This document shows, piece after piece, positions 39,832 through 54,171 of a DNA stretch of 64,000 bases. Location: positions 193,564,001 through 193,628,000 of the forward strand of contig NC_042997.1 in the NCBI RefSeq assembly GCF_006345805.1, written 5' to 3'. A model generated the notes under the pieces. The model was not told the DNA's origin, searched no databases, and saw only the letters and a program-made list of their open reading frames with translations. The translations under genes and the position numbers were made by a program. The DNA is from Octopus sinensis (lineage: Eukaryota). Within the stretch, counting starts at the first letter, position 1. Every line of letters begins with the position of its first letter.

Positions 39832-40156
39832 TATATATATATATATATATATGTACCAACAAACAATCTCGCTCTATAAACCGTATACAGTAGAACCATG
39901 TGAGTAAGTTGATGCGACGAAAACTTTGATACCCAATAAATATTAAGGTGAATAAAAAAGTGACGGTAACAGGTGTTTCGCATGTTTTTGAATGGTTGCG
40001 TTTTAGTTTGAACACGCGGTCCCAGATCATATCACTTGTCTGGGAAAGTGCACCTCCCAAATAGTTATAAAGCAAACCATTTTCCGAAGGAAATGAAATC
40101 TGAACTTTGAATTTATATGTAAGAAAATGATATTGATATGAAGGAGTGGTAAGTAT

Positions 40157-40550
40157 AGGCGTATGAGTGGCTGTGTGGTAAGTATTTTTCTTACGAACCA
40201 CATGGTTCCGGGTTCAGTCCCACTGCGTGGCATCTTGGGCAAGTGTCTTCTACTATAGCCTCGGGCCGACCAAAGCCTTGTGAGTGGATTTGGTAGACGG
40301 AAACTGTAAAGAAGCCCTTCGTATATATGTATATATGCATGTGTGTGTGTATATGTTTGTGTGTCTGTGTTTGTCCCCTCAACATCGCTTGACAACCGAT
40401 GCTGGTGTGTTTACGTCCCCGTAACAATAGCGGTTCGGCAAAAGAAACCGTTAGAATAAGTCCTGGGGTCGATTTTGTCGACTAAAAACGGTGCTCCGGC
40501 ATGGCCACAGTCAAATGACTGAAACAAGCAAAAGAGTAAATGCGTAAAAG
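40157..40550 (+). mobile_element. SINE family D
   Basis: Homologous to 26780-27192. Confidence 0.85.
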
Positions 40551-40976
40551 AGCAAGTGATTATAGAAGGCGGCGAGCTGGTAGAATTGTTTGCACGCCAG
40601 GAGAAATGCTTAGCGGCATTTTCGTCCGTCTTTACATTCTGAGTTCAATTTCCACCGGGGTCGACTTTGCCTTTCATCCTTTCGGGGTCATTAGAATTTG
40701 CAGATGGATTCTCAAGCGTGACCGACTGAGATTATGGAGGGTTGTTCTTGGTACCAGTTGAGAAGTGAGGTCGATGTAATTGAGGTACTCCCTCATCGAA
40801 ATTGCTGGCCACATACCAAAATTTGAAACCCACATGAAAGATTACAGTTATTCTGTTGATAAATCCCGTATTGTAGTTAGTGTTTAGCACCAGGTCAAGT
40901 CTAATCAAGCAGAATTGCGATCGTGTCGTGACCATCCTACCTTATTTTCAGACACAGTATGTATATTCAGGACTGT

Positions 40977-41280
40977 GGAGGCGCAATGGCCCAGTGGTTA
41001 GGGCAGCGGACTCGCGGTCGGAGGATCGCGGTTTCGATTCCCAGATCGGGGGTTGTGTGTGTTTATTGAGCGAAAACACCTAAAGCTACACCGGCAGGGG
41101 GTGTTGGCGACCCCGGTTGTACTCTTTCGCCCCAACTTTCTCTCACTCTTTCTTCCTGTTTCTTGAGTAACGCTGTGATGGACTGGCGTCCCGTCCAGCT
41201 GCGGGGAACACATGCGCCATAGAAACCGGGAAACCGGGCCCGTGAGCCTGGCTAGGCTTGAGAAAGGCGCATAAATAAAT
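40977..41280 (+). mobile_element. SINE family B
   Basis: Same tRNA-like head. Confidence 0.82.
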
Positions 41281-41571
41281 CAAATATTCAGGACTGTATT
41301 GAGCAATGGTCCTACTGTTTTTAAGATGGTAAATAGTGATTTGAGGGGAATTTAGTTGTAGGTCGAGTCAACGCATTGAAGTCACTTCGTTAATTTGTTG
41401 ACATAACAGTTGTTATTGTTGTTCAGCTCCAAGTCAGCTTACCCATGAAGGGCTATGATGAAAAGCGTTCCAGCTTCAAAAAATCCAATATGCTTTTTTC
41501 CACTCATAGTGTTTTTAGGACCCCATGATGGCGTTAAATAGGGCGACAGAATAGATCCACCACTCAATTTC

Positions 41572-42150
41572 ATTTATCCATTTCCTCCGTCCACTATTTC
41601 TAGAAGGGTTGTATGGGTAGATTCCTCAGGCACCTCTTTCATAAGGTCTTATCAGAAGCAACCATCATTAGAATTTGCAGACGGATTCTCAAGCGTGACC
41701 GACTGAGACCATACATAGTTGTTCTTGGTCCACATCGAGGTCTTCTACTGGTTGGCTCGGTTTCAAGAATCTATCTTGCGATTCTTTCTTCAGACGTTCG
41801 AATCATACGTCCTTAGTACCGGAGCTGTGACCTTTCAATGCGGATGAGTAACAGCTTAATCTGGAGAAACTCCCTGATCTCCAAGCTGCCTCTTACTCCA
41901 GATATTCTTCAGAAGAACCCCATTTCGGCCACTGGTAGTCACGGATGGTACTCTTTTGGTCATTATCCAACATTCATGACCATAGGTGAAGATTGGCACG
42001 AAAATCGAATTGAGAATAGCAAGACTAGATTTCTTTTTATCAACCCCTCCTTTTCTGAGGACTGAATGCTGAAGGTGGTGCATTGCTCTGCCAGCATCTG
42101 CAGTTCTAGCATCCAATTCTGCCTCCTGCCATCCACCGCTCGTACATATG
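41572..42150 (-). pseudogene. RTE-clade LINE 3' fragment (post-RT region)
   Basis: DARTADAGRAM..SIFVPIFTYGHECWIMTKRV..LLLIRIERSQLRY*GRM..RRPRCGPRTT matches the RTE ORF C-terminus pattern; stops and frameshifts. Confidence 0.85.
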
Positions 42151-42154
42151 GAAG

Positions 42155-42455
42155 CACATGGCCTAGTGGTTAGAGCAGTGGACTCGCGGTCGAGGGATCG
42201 CGGGTTCGAATCTCAGACCGGGTGATGTGTGTATTTATGAGCGAAGCACCTAAGCTCCACGCGGCTCCGGCAGAAGGTAATGGCGAACTTCTGCTGACTC
42301 TTTCGCCACAACTTTCTCTCACTCTTTCCTCCTGCATCTTGCAGCTCACCTGCGACGAACCGGCGTCCTGTCCAGGTGGGGAACCTATACAAAAAAGGAA
42401 ACCGGGAAGTCGGATCTTATGAGCCAGGCGTGGCTCGAAAAGGAACAAACAACTA
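42155..42455 (+). mobile_element. SINE family B variant
   Basis: GCACATGGCCTAGTGGTTAGAGCAGTGGACTCGCGGTC..GGGTTCGAATCTC. Confidence 0.82.
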
Positions 42456-42676
42456 ACCGCTCGTGCATACGTCCCCAAGATATTAATTGTGGTATCCATA
42501 TCGATAGAGACATCAACACACAGAGAAGAATGGAATCTCGGATGGAGCTCATTGTTTAATCACATAAATAAGTATGCACACACACGCACACACAAATGTA
42601 AGCATACATCATCACAAGTATTGAAGCTGGCAAAAATACACACACACATGGATATATATATATATATATAATATTC

Positions 42677-42719
<43 letters not shown>

Positions 42720-42929
42720 TACAAACAGCTTAGGCTAATCTTAAGAAAACAACATTTTTTTCTGACTCAAACATTATTTATAGCTCTTTCTCTTTTTCCT
42801 CATGTATATTTTAAATTAAATTATAAACACAGAATGAAAGGGTATTCATTATAGAGAATGACGTAGGGAGGTGCGTGAGTTGATTAACTATATACTGTGG
42901 AGACACAAGTTAATTATTTTTCACCACAC

Positions 42930-43375
<446 letters not shown>

Positions 43376-44104
43376 TTGTCTGTCTTTCTGTCTATCTCTC
43401 CCTTTGACTATCTATCTATCTGTCTGTCTGTCTACCAACCTCTCTTTTTCTTTCTCTCTCTCTCTCACTCTCTTTCTCTCCCTCTTTTCCCCAGGGATAA
43501 CGACAATGATGATTGTGAACTTGTTCAGATTTTTCGCGGAATTAAACTCGCTTTCCATAAATGAGCAATTCCCTAGAAATAATAGCCGACCAATAAAATC
43601 TGTTGACTTCTAACTGTTGTCCATAAATCAAGAGAAATGTTAGTTTTCTAGAAGCAGCCGTAAGAGCGGAGAGATTGTGCGTGGAGAAGATCAAGGGAGG
43701 ATGAGAGTAAAAAAAAATGAGATAAGTGAAAACTGCTATTAATGATAATAGTAATATTGATAGCAGCGAGGATATAACAACTGAGATAATGATATAGTAA
43801 AAAGAATATGGCATTATCCTTCACGGCAAGATATATATCCATTCATCAGCCTTATCAAATCAATGGTGGGATTTTATATTTCCCCTGTAAAATGAGAACA
43901 CACACACATTAATTCATAATCGTGAGTCCGATAATATAGATTTTGTCTTGCCCGAGTTCTCCGTCATACATATATGTATACACATGAACAAACTCGCCTG
44001 CGCTCGCACACGCATATCTCTTATATAAAATCCGAAGATGCAGATTGAACGACCGTGTTGATATTTCCTTGTTGACCCGATATGAAGCGACCACGAGGCA
44101 AATA

Positions 44105-44577
44105 TCTATTATATAAAATCCGTTCTGTCTGTCTCTGTGTGTGTCTTCTCGGATCTCGGGTATCCTCCATCCGATTACACTAAAATTTGATATGTAGATT
44201 TTGTCCTGCTTTTCTTCCGTCAACCTGTACATAACTGCACCTTCCATTTTTTGATGTTTTTGTACTGCTTAAAGGAACGTTTCTTTCCTGCCAAGCTTAC
44301 TGTTTAAACCATGTTTGTATTCTCCCAGTCAACAGCCTTATCATTACTGGTACTTTAAACTCTTCGGTTGCATATTTGTGTGAATAAAATCGTTTTTCTT
44401 TGGAATAGAAAAAAAGTCTATCGTTATTTCACCTTTTGCTGGTGTCTCACATTTAGGTTAAATCAGTGTTTCTTAAAGGGGAGGCCTATGGGACGGTCGG
44501 ACAAGTTATTTTGAGGAAATTTGGCTTAAATGTTTGACAACTCAGCACCGTCCATTGGACGGGGGGCGTTTTGCTCG
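44105..44577 (+). mobile_element. Helitron-like family H2, internally deleted (another TC start at 44017)
   Basis: Same termini as 29433-30588. Confidence 0.75.
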
Positions 44578-44591
44578 TATTTATGTATACA

Positions 44592-44735
44592 TACGTGGCC
44601 TGATCAATAAATATCCGGAATGTTGCTGTAGTAACGAGGCTAAAGCACGCAGAGTAAAGCCGCTTGGCACAAACTGACTTTAAACTCTGCTGTGCACGTG
44701 CACTAAGTTTTACTGTTCTAGCTCACTTCCGCTGC
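44592..44735 (+). mobile_element. Probable mariner-type terminal fragment
   Basis: TA|CGTGGCCTGATCAATAAATATCCGGA resembles mariner TIRs. Confidence 0.45.
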
Positions 44736-44737
44736 TT

Positions 44738-44772
<35 letters not shown>

Positions 44773-44973
44773 CACACACACATAACAAGCTTCTTTCAGT
44801 TTCCGTCTGCCAAATCCACTCACAAGGCTTTGGTCGGCCCGAGGCTATAGTAGAAGACACTTGCCCAAGGTGCCACGCAGTAGGACTGAACCCGAACTAT
44901 GTGGTTGGTAAAAAAGCTACTTACCGCACAGTCACCCCTATGCCTATACTTATAAATATGTGCACGTAAGTGT

Positions 44974-45014
<41 letters not shown>

Positions 45015-45968
45015 CTCTCTGTCTGTGTTTTTATCTGTCTGTCTATCTCTTTCTCTCTATCTACACACTCACATATACACGCACACACACATACTGTATA
45101 CATACACACAAATATAAGTAAATTTATGCCGATAATAACACTTTTCCTCTGACACCTTAGATTATTTTCAATATTATATTTGATAGAGGGAAGCTTTCCC
45201 GAAATATAATAGAAGCACTATCCAACTTATGTAGGGTAATATAATATCTTGTCTTTGTTTATTGACATCACCTTACATGTTTTCCTCACCTGCGTTACTT
45301 AAAGGTCTTGTTCAAAATATATCATTCATGCATTTAAATTCTTCAAGCAAATTACAGTGCTCTTTTTTGCTTTTGTATGTGTGTGTGTATATGTATGTGT
45401 GTGTGTGTGTGTGTGGTGTGTGTGTGTGTGTACGCTTGTGTGTGTGTTTGTACAAACACACACATATGTATGCAAACATACACTTATATGTACACAAACA
45501 TGCATATATACATATACAGAAGTATATACATATACAGAAGTATATACAGAGGATTTAAAAACATCGGTGAATAACATACACTACAGAATTCTCCACAAAA
45601 ATATATGATTAATATGTAGTGCTATGCATAATAGCATAGTGCTGAGATAAACACTGACAACATACATTCATCACGAACAAAATAACACCAGACTGATGAC
45701 ATGGATCTGACGATAAAGATGCTCTGTCGGTAAAGTCTTCACAAATCATATCGGTCGCTGTGTCTGTTATAGAAAGTCGGCATCACACGCCAACATTACT
45801 TCACACTGAAGATGAGACTATGAAGGATTAAAAACACTGATGATGTAGTTATAGATCTCCCTGCTCCGAATAGAGTGCAAGGAATCACACACACGCAAGG
45901 AATCACACACACACACACACACGCACACACACAGAGGCACACACAGACACACACAGGCACACACACAC

Positions 45969-46007
<39 letters not shown>

Positions 46008-46224
46008 GAGAAACCTGCACATATATATATTGTGACCCCCTTCGGTCATGAATGACCATGGGATTGCGCCTAGAAAGTTCCCCTCCGAGGCACAAGTCTG
46101 GGCAATGCTGTTTATGGAAGACCAGCAGTCACCCACGCATACCAGCCTCCCCTCTCCACACCACCAATGTTATCCAAGGGAAAGGCAACGGCCGATACAG
46201 CTTGGCACCAGTAATGTTGCAGCT

Positions 46225-46538
46225 CATTTATTAACGTGCAAGTGGCTGAGCACTCCACAGACACGTGTACCCTTAACGTAGTTCTCGGGGATATTCAGCG
46301 TGACACAGAGTGTGACAAGGCCGGCCCTTTGAAATACAGGTACAACAGAAACAGGAAGAAAGAGTGAGAGAAAGTTGTGGTGAAAGAGTACAGCAGGGTT
46401 CACCACCACCCACTGCCGGAGCCTCGTGGAGCTTTAGGTGTTTTCGCTCAATAAACACTCACAACGCCCGGTCTGGGAATCGAAACCGCGATCCTATGAC
46501 CGCGAGTCCACTGCCCTAACCACTGGGCCATTGCGCTT

Positions 46539-46540
<2 letters not shown>
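46225..46540 (-). mobile_element. SINE family B
   Basis: Near-identical to 1098-1400, inverted. Confidence 0.88.
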
Positions 46541-46576
<36 letters not shown>

Positions 46577-47383
46577 GTATATATGCATATACATACAGGT
46601 TACTCTTTGTGTGTGTCTGTCTCTGAATGCACTCCCTGTATCTCTCTCCCTCTCTCTCCCTCCCCCCTCTCACTCTCGCCGCTGCCACAAATACATATAT
46701 ATATATAAATGCATGTATACACACATACACAGACACACATACGCGAACATGCAGGTATCCACATACACAGACATAAGTGTGTGTGTAGTTATCTGCATGT
46801 ACAACGTGATTAATTACACACACACTCACACACACACACACACACACATACACACACATACACACACACACTTACGCAGATATGCAGATATCCACACACA
46901 TACATACAGAGGCGCGCATGTGTAGTTGTGTGCGTGTGTAACGTAATTAATTAATATTTCCGAGCGGCGGTGGCTGTATGCCGTACGTCATATTTCGTCG
47001 TTTCTATTCCATTAACTTCCGATGAACTTTTCACCTCTTGAAAAAAAGTAACATCTTCTGAACATCAACGTTGCTTGCGAGAGTTTCATTTCGGTGTCAG
47101 AGGACGACAAAAAAAAAAAAAAAAAAGACAAGAAAAAAAAAAAGAAAAAAGGAAATTACTTTACCTGTCTTGCTGTATAAGATGCGCTTATAATCTCGAG
47201 CTAGTAATGTGGTCTAAATAAACATTCGCGCAAATCGATTTTTTTTTCACCCTCCTATTGTGATTTTCCCATCTTATTTTCTTTATTATTTCAAAAAAAA
47301 AAAAAAAAAGAAAAAAGAAAGTTTCTTAGCAAGCAATCGTTAATAGGGCCTCCTAGTGTGTTTTCTGAATGGAAATAAATATG

Positions 47384-47438
<55 letters not shown>

Positions 47439-47514
47439 GCATGTATGCATAAATGTGTCTGTAGGTGTTTGTGTTAACGCGTGGATGATTCTATGAATAT
47501 GTGCCTGTGTGTGA

Positions 47515-47574
<60 letters not shown>

Positions 47575-47739
47575 ATATATATATTATATTTATATATATA
47601 TGTATGTATATAAATAAATATATATGTATATAAATATATATATATGCATATAAATATATTATATATATAATATATATGTAATAAATATATAATATACATA
47701 TATATATACATAATATATATATATATATTATATATACAC

Positions 47740-47783
<44 letters not shown>

Positions 47784-48111
47784 TGTATACACACACACAC
47801 ACACACACACACACATATCTATATATATGTATATGTTTTTGTGAGTGTGCGCGTGTGCATATGTATTTGTTCCTTCACACACATCTTCGCGTACATCAGC
47901 TAATCTATTATTTATTTCTTTTATTGCTAGAAGGGAAAGTGTGCAATTGGAATAAACAAAATGAATTTAAAAACAACGAACCTATCAGCTTAACCAAAGA
48001 GCTTATAGATAGACACAAATAACACGACTTATAATTTATTGTTTTCTGCCGTTTATGGCTAAGTTTGCAAAAACAAAAAGCTATACACTCCCTGTCTCCC
48101 TTTCTCGCCGC

Positions 48112-48184
<73 letters not shown>

Positions 48185-48335
48185 GTGTGTTGTGTGTGTG
48201 TGTGTGGTGTGTGTGGTGTTCATATACTTAAAAACATGTATACATATGTGCATATACACACATATGTACTAATATGTTTATATATATATATATCCATAAT
48301 ATATATGTGTATGTATTAGATATATTGTATATATA

Positions 48336-48387
<52 letters not shown>

Positions 48388-48939
48388 ATATATATATAAT
48401 ATATTATATGTGTGTGTGTATATATATATATATATATGTGTGGTGTATATATATATATATATATATGTGTGTGATATATATTATATATATATGTATATAT
48501 ATAATGTATTATATATATATTATATTTAGGGCGTGTGCATGTATGGTTATATATGCATGTATAGGTATCAATAATACACGCCCAAACATATGCGAAAAAA
48601 GAGAGAAATCGCATGTTAGCTATTTGGCGCCACCATGTATAATAGAAACTGTTTTTAAACGGGATTTTTTTTGTTTGTAGCAAAGGAAAGGGCCAAAGGG
48701 AAGACACGTTATTTAACCCCGTGGTTGCTGAAGGGAGGAGAAGCTGTAAGGATGGATAAAGGTGCGCATGCAGTACTATATTGAATATGATTATGATGTT
48801 TTGGGACTTCTAAGTTTGTCCGACCCCATGGCGAAGAAAGAATTATATGGTTGTAAACTAGGGCCTCTCAATCATCTTTTTTTTTCTTTTTGCTTATGGA
48901 TTCCCTTTGATCCCTGGTTTACTTGGGAGGACCCTTATT

Positions 48940-49418
48940 GTCATTCGATGTTTCAAATTATGGCACAAGTCCAGCATTTTCCCGGGCAATTATATTGACA
49001 CCAGTGCTCAACTTATACTTATTTTATCGACAACGAAAGGATGAGAGGCAAAGTGGACCTCGGCGGAATGTGAATCTAGAACGTAAAGACGAACCATTTT
49101 ATCCGGCGCTAACCATTTTATCCGGCACGCTAACGATTCTGCCAGCTCAGGGGTCTTAGTTTTATAACTGAATATTATAGTCATTCGATGTTTCAAATTA
49201 TGGCGCAAGTCCAGCAGTTTCCCGGGCAATTATATTGACACCAGTGCTCAACTGGTACTTATTTTATCGACAACGAAAGGATGAAAGGCAAAGTGGACCT
49301 CGGTGGGATGTGAATCCAGAACGTAAAGACGAACCATTTTATCCGGCGCTAACCATTTTATTCGGCACGCTAACGATTCTGCCAGCTCGGGGGTTTTAAT
49401 TTTATAACTGAATATTAT
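48940..49418. repeat. Direct tandem duplication of 240 bp (contains a degenerate family A SINE)
   Basis: GTCATTCGATGTTTCAAATTATGG at 48940 and 49180. Confidence 0.93.
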
Positions 49419-49774
49419 TAGGAAACGTATAAAAAAATTATTAAAATATTTTGTGTTTCGTAGAAGTATAAACAATTTGATGGATGCAAATTTTAACGAC
49501 AAAATCTCATACGGACCCCACTCACCTAGAGTCATATGGACCCCCCCGTTGAGAACCACTGATGTAAACTCAGTCCTCTTCTCATTAATGAAGGTGGGAT
49601 GGATGGGGTGGATGAGACAGAAATATTTCGTTAATACTTTAATGCGATGGTGGTGGTACCACACTTCTCCTATTTTTCTACTTCTCACGGTGAGGCTAAG
49701 AATGTGCCCAATCTCCTAAGTTTCCCTTGTAGCTCTATTTATCCTAATTCTGTGTTGTGCTTCCATAAATTGAA

Positions 49775-49789
<15 letters not shown>

Positions 49790-49812
<23 letters not shown>

Positions 49813-49887
49813 TCCCTCTGTATATGTGTACATATATATATATATATATGTGTGTGTATACATATATATATATGTAAATATATATAA

Positions 49888-49920
<33 letters not shown>

Positions 49921-49976
49921 TAGATGTATGTATGCATGTATGTATGTATGTATATATATATATGTATATATATATG

Positions 49977-50011
<35 letters not shown>

Positions 50012-50057
50012 GTATATATATATGTATGTATATATATATGTATATATTATATATATG

Positions 50058-50112
<55 letters not shown>

Positions 50113-50143
50113 TACATATATCTATATATATATATATATATAC

Positions 50144-50183
<40 letters not shown>

Positions 50184-50200
50184 ATATATATATATATTTG
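49790..50200. repeat. Compound (TG)/(TA) microsatellite (similar tract at 50590-51080)
   Basis: Direct reading. Confidence 0.95.
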
Positions 50201-50608
50201 TAAAACATGCAGGAAGACAACCCCAGGAGGGACGGCCAGGTAGGCTGAGTATTTCAATAATGCTGTCCACTTACTTGCGATGTAAATAACGCAAGCATTT
50301 TTAATGCCCATTCATACGAATTTATTATCGTGGATATATAAATGAGTCAATTGTCTGTTTTATTTCAGCTTATTTCAGAAGTCCATTTCCATCAATTTTC
50401 GTTCCTCCATCCACCAAAAGGAATCAATAAAAAGGAATATGGTACTATTAGAGTTTTCTTTCTTTTTTTTTTTTTTTTTTTTCATTTTTTCCCTTATTTT
50501 TTTTCTTCTTGGTATCGCAATCTTCTGCTTTTTCTCCCTTTTGTCTTCGCAATTCTTCTTCTGTCTGGTATTTGTGTAGTCTACTTACACACACACAGAA
50601 ACACAGAA

Positions 50609-50675
<67 letters not shown>

Positions 50676-50986
50676 TACATATATATATATATATATACAC
50701 ACACATACATATACATATATATACATACACACACACATATACATATACATATACATACATATATATGTATATATATACACACACATATATATACATATAT
50801 ATACACACACATACATATATACATACATACATATATATATATAAATATATATATATATATTATATATATATATAATAAATATATATATATATATAAATAT
50901 ACATACATACATTATATATATATAATATACATATACATATACATATATATATGCATATATACATACACACACACACACACACACAC

Positions 50987-51018
<32 letters not shown>

Positions 51019-51945
51019 AATAAATATATATAAATATATATACATACACACACACACACACACATACACACATATATATATTGTGTGACTGTGTTTGTGT
51101 TGTTTTTTTACGAACCCTGAGGATCTTGATGTGAACATCTATATCTATCAATGCTGCAATCGGCTCAGCATGATTCCGCAGCCGAGCGACACTGCTTGGT
51201 AGTACTTTTAGGGGTTTTTTTTTTGGTTTTTCTTGTGTTCAGATGGAATGAATTTATTTTGATATTATTTCATACACGTATTTGAGCACTTGGACAGAAA
51301 TATTTATGACTCCAAAAGATGCAATACATGCATACAAACATACTTACATCCAAGGAAACACACGCCTGCATACGCGCGCGTACACATACATACATACATG
51401 TGTATGTGATTGCACATCGCTCTTTACGCATCTATAAGTATATATGATAAGACCTGTTTGCAATAAATAGATAAATAAATAAGTAAATAATGAATAAGAG
51501 AAACATGGACGTGAAAAAAAAAATTGTAGAAAGGAATGAGAGGAAAGCTTTAAGTAGTGACAGAAAAACAGTGAGAAAGGAAAAGTAGAAAAATCAGTGA
51601 ATTAGAAAGAGGGAGGTATAGACTGGACGAAAGAGAGTGAGAGAGAGCGAGAGAGTGAGAAGGAGGGGGGGGGGAAAGTGAAAGTGAAAGTAGATTCTGA
51701 CGTTATAAGATGCAAACTCTGTTGTAATAAAAATGAATGTGTGTTGTTTATTTGTATGATGTCTGTCTAACGGTTTACGTCACCCCTACCAACCAACAGA
51801 GAAAAATGAAGAAATATATTTTCTTCGTTGAAGCATATTATTGGAGACAGAAAATGCTTCCCTTTGCCATTTACCAAACGTCAGGAAGATTATTTCTCTC
51901 AAGACTTCCTTTCGCGGTAATCTGTTTTCTTCCAAATTCTCCCGC

Positions 51946-51997
<52 letters not shown>

Positions 51998-52105
51998 ACA
52001 CACACACACACACAGAATGAAGCAGGAGCATATTCATTCATTAACTCTCGACCGATTTTGTTTGTCCTTAAAACAGTCAATAATAATAATAATATAATAA
52101 TAATA

Positions 52106-52155
<50 letters not shown>

Positions 52156-52174
52156 TAATGATGATGATGATGAT

Positions 52175-52568
52175 TTCAAATTTTTGCCACAAGGGCATTT
52201 TGGAGAGGAGATTAAGTCGATTACATTGACCCCCAGTACGCAACTGGTAGTTATTTAATTGACCCCGAAAGGACGAAAGGTTAAAGTCGACCTCAGCGGA
52301 ATTTGAACTCAGAATGTAGCGGCAGACGAAATACCTATTTCTTTACTACCCACAAGCGGCTAAACACAGAGAGAACAAACAAGGACAGACAAACGGATTA
52401 AGTCGATTATATAGACCCCAGTGCATAACTGGTACTTATTTAATCGACTCCGAAAGGATGAAAGGCAAAGTCGACCTCGGCGGAATTTGAACTCAGAACG
52501 TAGCGGCAGACAAAATACCACTAAGCACTTCACCCGGCGTGCTAACGTTTCTGCCAGCTCACCGCCTC
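52175..52568 (-). mobile_element. SINE family A dimer next to (TAA)n
   Basis: Two central domains, single head. Confidence 0.88.
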
Positions 52569-52587
52569 AATAAAAATAATAATAACA

Positions 52588-52825
52588 ACAACAACCAGGT
52601 TCGAGAAATATATCAGAATTTGCATGAGGTCAGGGCAAGTCCCCAAAACTGTTCTACCGAGGACAGCTAAGAATTTGAGATTGGTGCTTAGGTGTTGAAT
52701 GTCTTCCACGATAAGTTAACATCCAATTACCAAAGCTTATAGCTTGCAGAGACCTCTGACAACAGTTTGCTGTCTGCTCTCACAGTATGAAGCCGAGCAT
52801 GACTGAGAGCTCTGAGAGGTAAAAT
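52588..52825 (+). pseudogene. R4/Dong-type (RLE) LINE 3' end
   Basis: FEKYIRICMRSGQVPKTVLPRTAKNLRLVLRC* resembles the QKTALLGTARILRKVL terminus; ends in (TAA)n. Confidence 0.6.
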
Positions 52826-52831
52826 AATAAT

Positions 52832-53192
52832 AACAAGAGCACCCAGAGAGCGCAAACCTCCGCCAAGGCAATACCAACATCCTCTCAACGATCCGCCAGA
52901 GATAATTTTTAAAATGAGAATATCTAAAATAAACTCGACTGCTCGCACAAACGAGAATACTAAAAATGAATCCAACCGCTCTCAAAAATAAAAAAAAAAG
53001 TAGGAAAAATAATCAGAATCCTTATCGATCCCCAAATCCGGATCGATCCCCAAATTTAATCGGTTCGTGCCAGTCACGAGGTTGAAAATCCCTGAAAGTT
53101 TCATCCGAATCCAACCAGTGGTTCTTGAGATATCTTGCCCACGGACAAACAATCACGGCTAAAAACAATACCTCCGCCTTAGCAAAGGCGGA

Positions 53193-53196
<4 letters not shown>
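52832..53196 (+). mobile_element. Helentron-associated non-autonomous element (HINE/DINE-1-like)
   Basis: Sub-terminal ACCTCCGCC near the 5' end; terminal palindrome ACCTCCGCCTTAGCAAAGGCGGAGGT; inserted in (TAA)n. Confidence 0.75.
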
Positions 53197-53226
<30 letters not shown>

Positions 53227-53321
53227 TTAATAATAATAATAATATTAATAATAATAATAATAATAATAATAAGTTTGAAATAGGAAGAATTCCCTGAAAA
53301 TTTGAAATAGGTAAAATTTGA

Positions 53322-53500
53322 GCATGCGAACAAAAAAGATCGTGCTTACGATACTTGGTGCTTTGGGAGCAGTAAGCAAAGATATAGACAAGCGGCCGAG
53401 GGAGATTGAAATAGAATGCTCGGTAGAACTCCTACAGAAAGTTTGTGGATACCTAAGGCTACAGGTAGTAACCTGCTATCCACATAGTTTCTGTCAGGAA
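53322..53500 (+). pseudogene. R4/Dong-type LINE RLE C-terminal fragment
   Basis: RTKKIVLTILGALGAVSKDIDK..SVELLQK. Confidence 0.65.
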
Positions 53501-53529
53501 TAAGACCGGACCTGAATCGAACCAAGAAT

Positions 53530-54115
53530 GTTAATACTGGATTCTGGAAACACTAATCACAAATAAGATAGCGTGCATAGGATAAAACTTGTCATGAAGA
53601 AATGACAAACAGTTTGGCAGAAGAGGGAATTGCAAAAATTTAAAAGCATCACTCCTCACCCATTAGAAGATATACATTCCTGAAGTAGTCCCTCTTCCCA
53701 CATCATTTTTTTGTCTGGTGTTGACGCCATACTTGACATGCTAAACAGAACTGGATGTGACCAGAAAGGCTTGGTAAAACAATTAACCATCTTTTGTACA
53801 TAAATGATCTCATGTTGTATGTTTGTTAAGGATAAAGTAGACACATCTCTATAGACAACACACGGGTTTATCGAAGGTATAAATATGAGATTCAGTTTAG
53901 AAAAAGCGATTAAGAAGAGTGAAACAGACATACAAATAGACATAAACCACAAAAAGATCTCCAAGAATAGGAAAGCAACAATACTTTGGGATATATATAG
54001 AGAGCAATCAAAGTTAACCAAGATATTGATGTCAAAAATCATCAGGTAAAGAAATGTTTTCTGTCCTAACATGATAATTCGTCTCTAAAAGAGATGGAAA
54101 ACATACCTAAATATA
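53530..54115 (+). pseudogene. Degraded R4/Dong-type LINE RT + RLE fragment
   Basis: WILET, IRR, TINHLLYINDLMLY (YxDD region), ATILWD..DIDVKNHQVKKCFL, SLKEMENIPKY; many stops and an internal deletion. Confidence 0.8.
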
Positions 54116-54171
54116 TTTCGTTTTTGGATTTGGTTTGCAAGATTCTTTATATGAGTTCGTGTGTTGAAACA

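Noticed and set aside
45685-45860. Two CTGATGA occurrences
   Set aside because: No GAAA partner or stems.
53656-54072. 138-aa hydrophobic minus-strand ORF
   Set aside because: Antisense to a recognisable LINE RT/RLE remnant on the plus strand.
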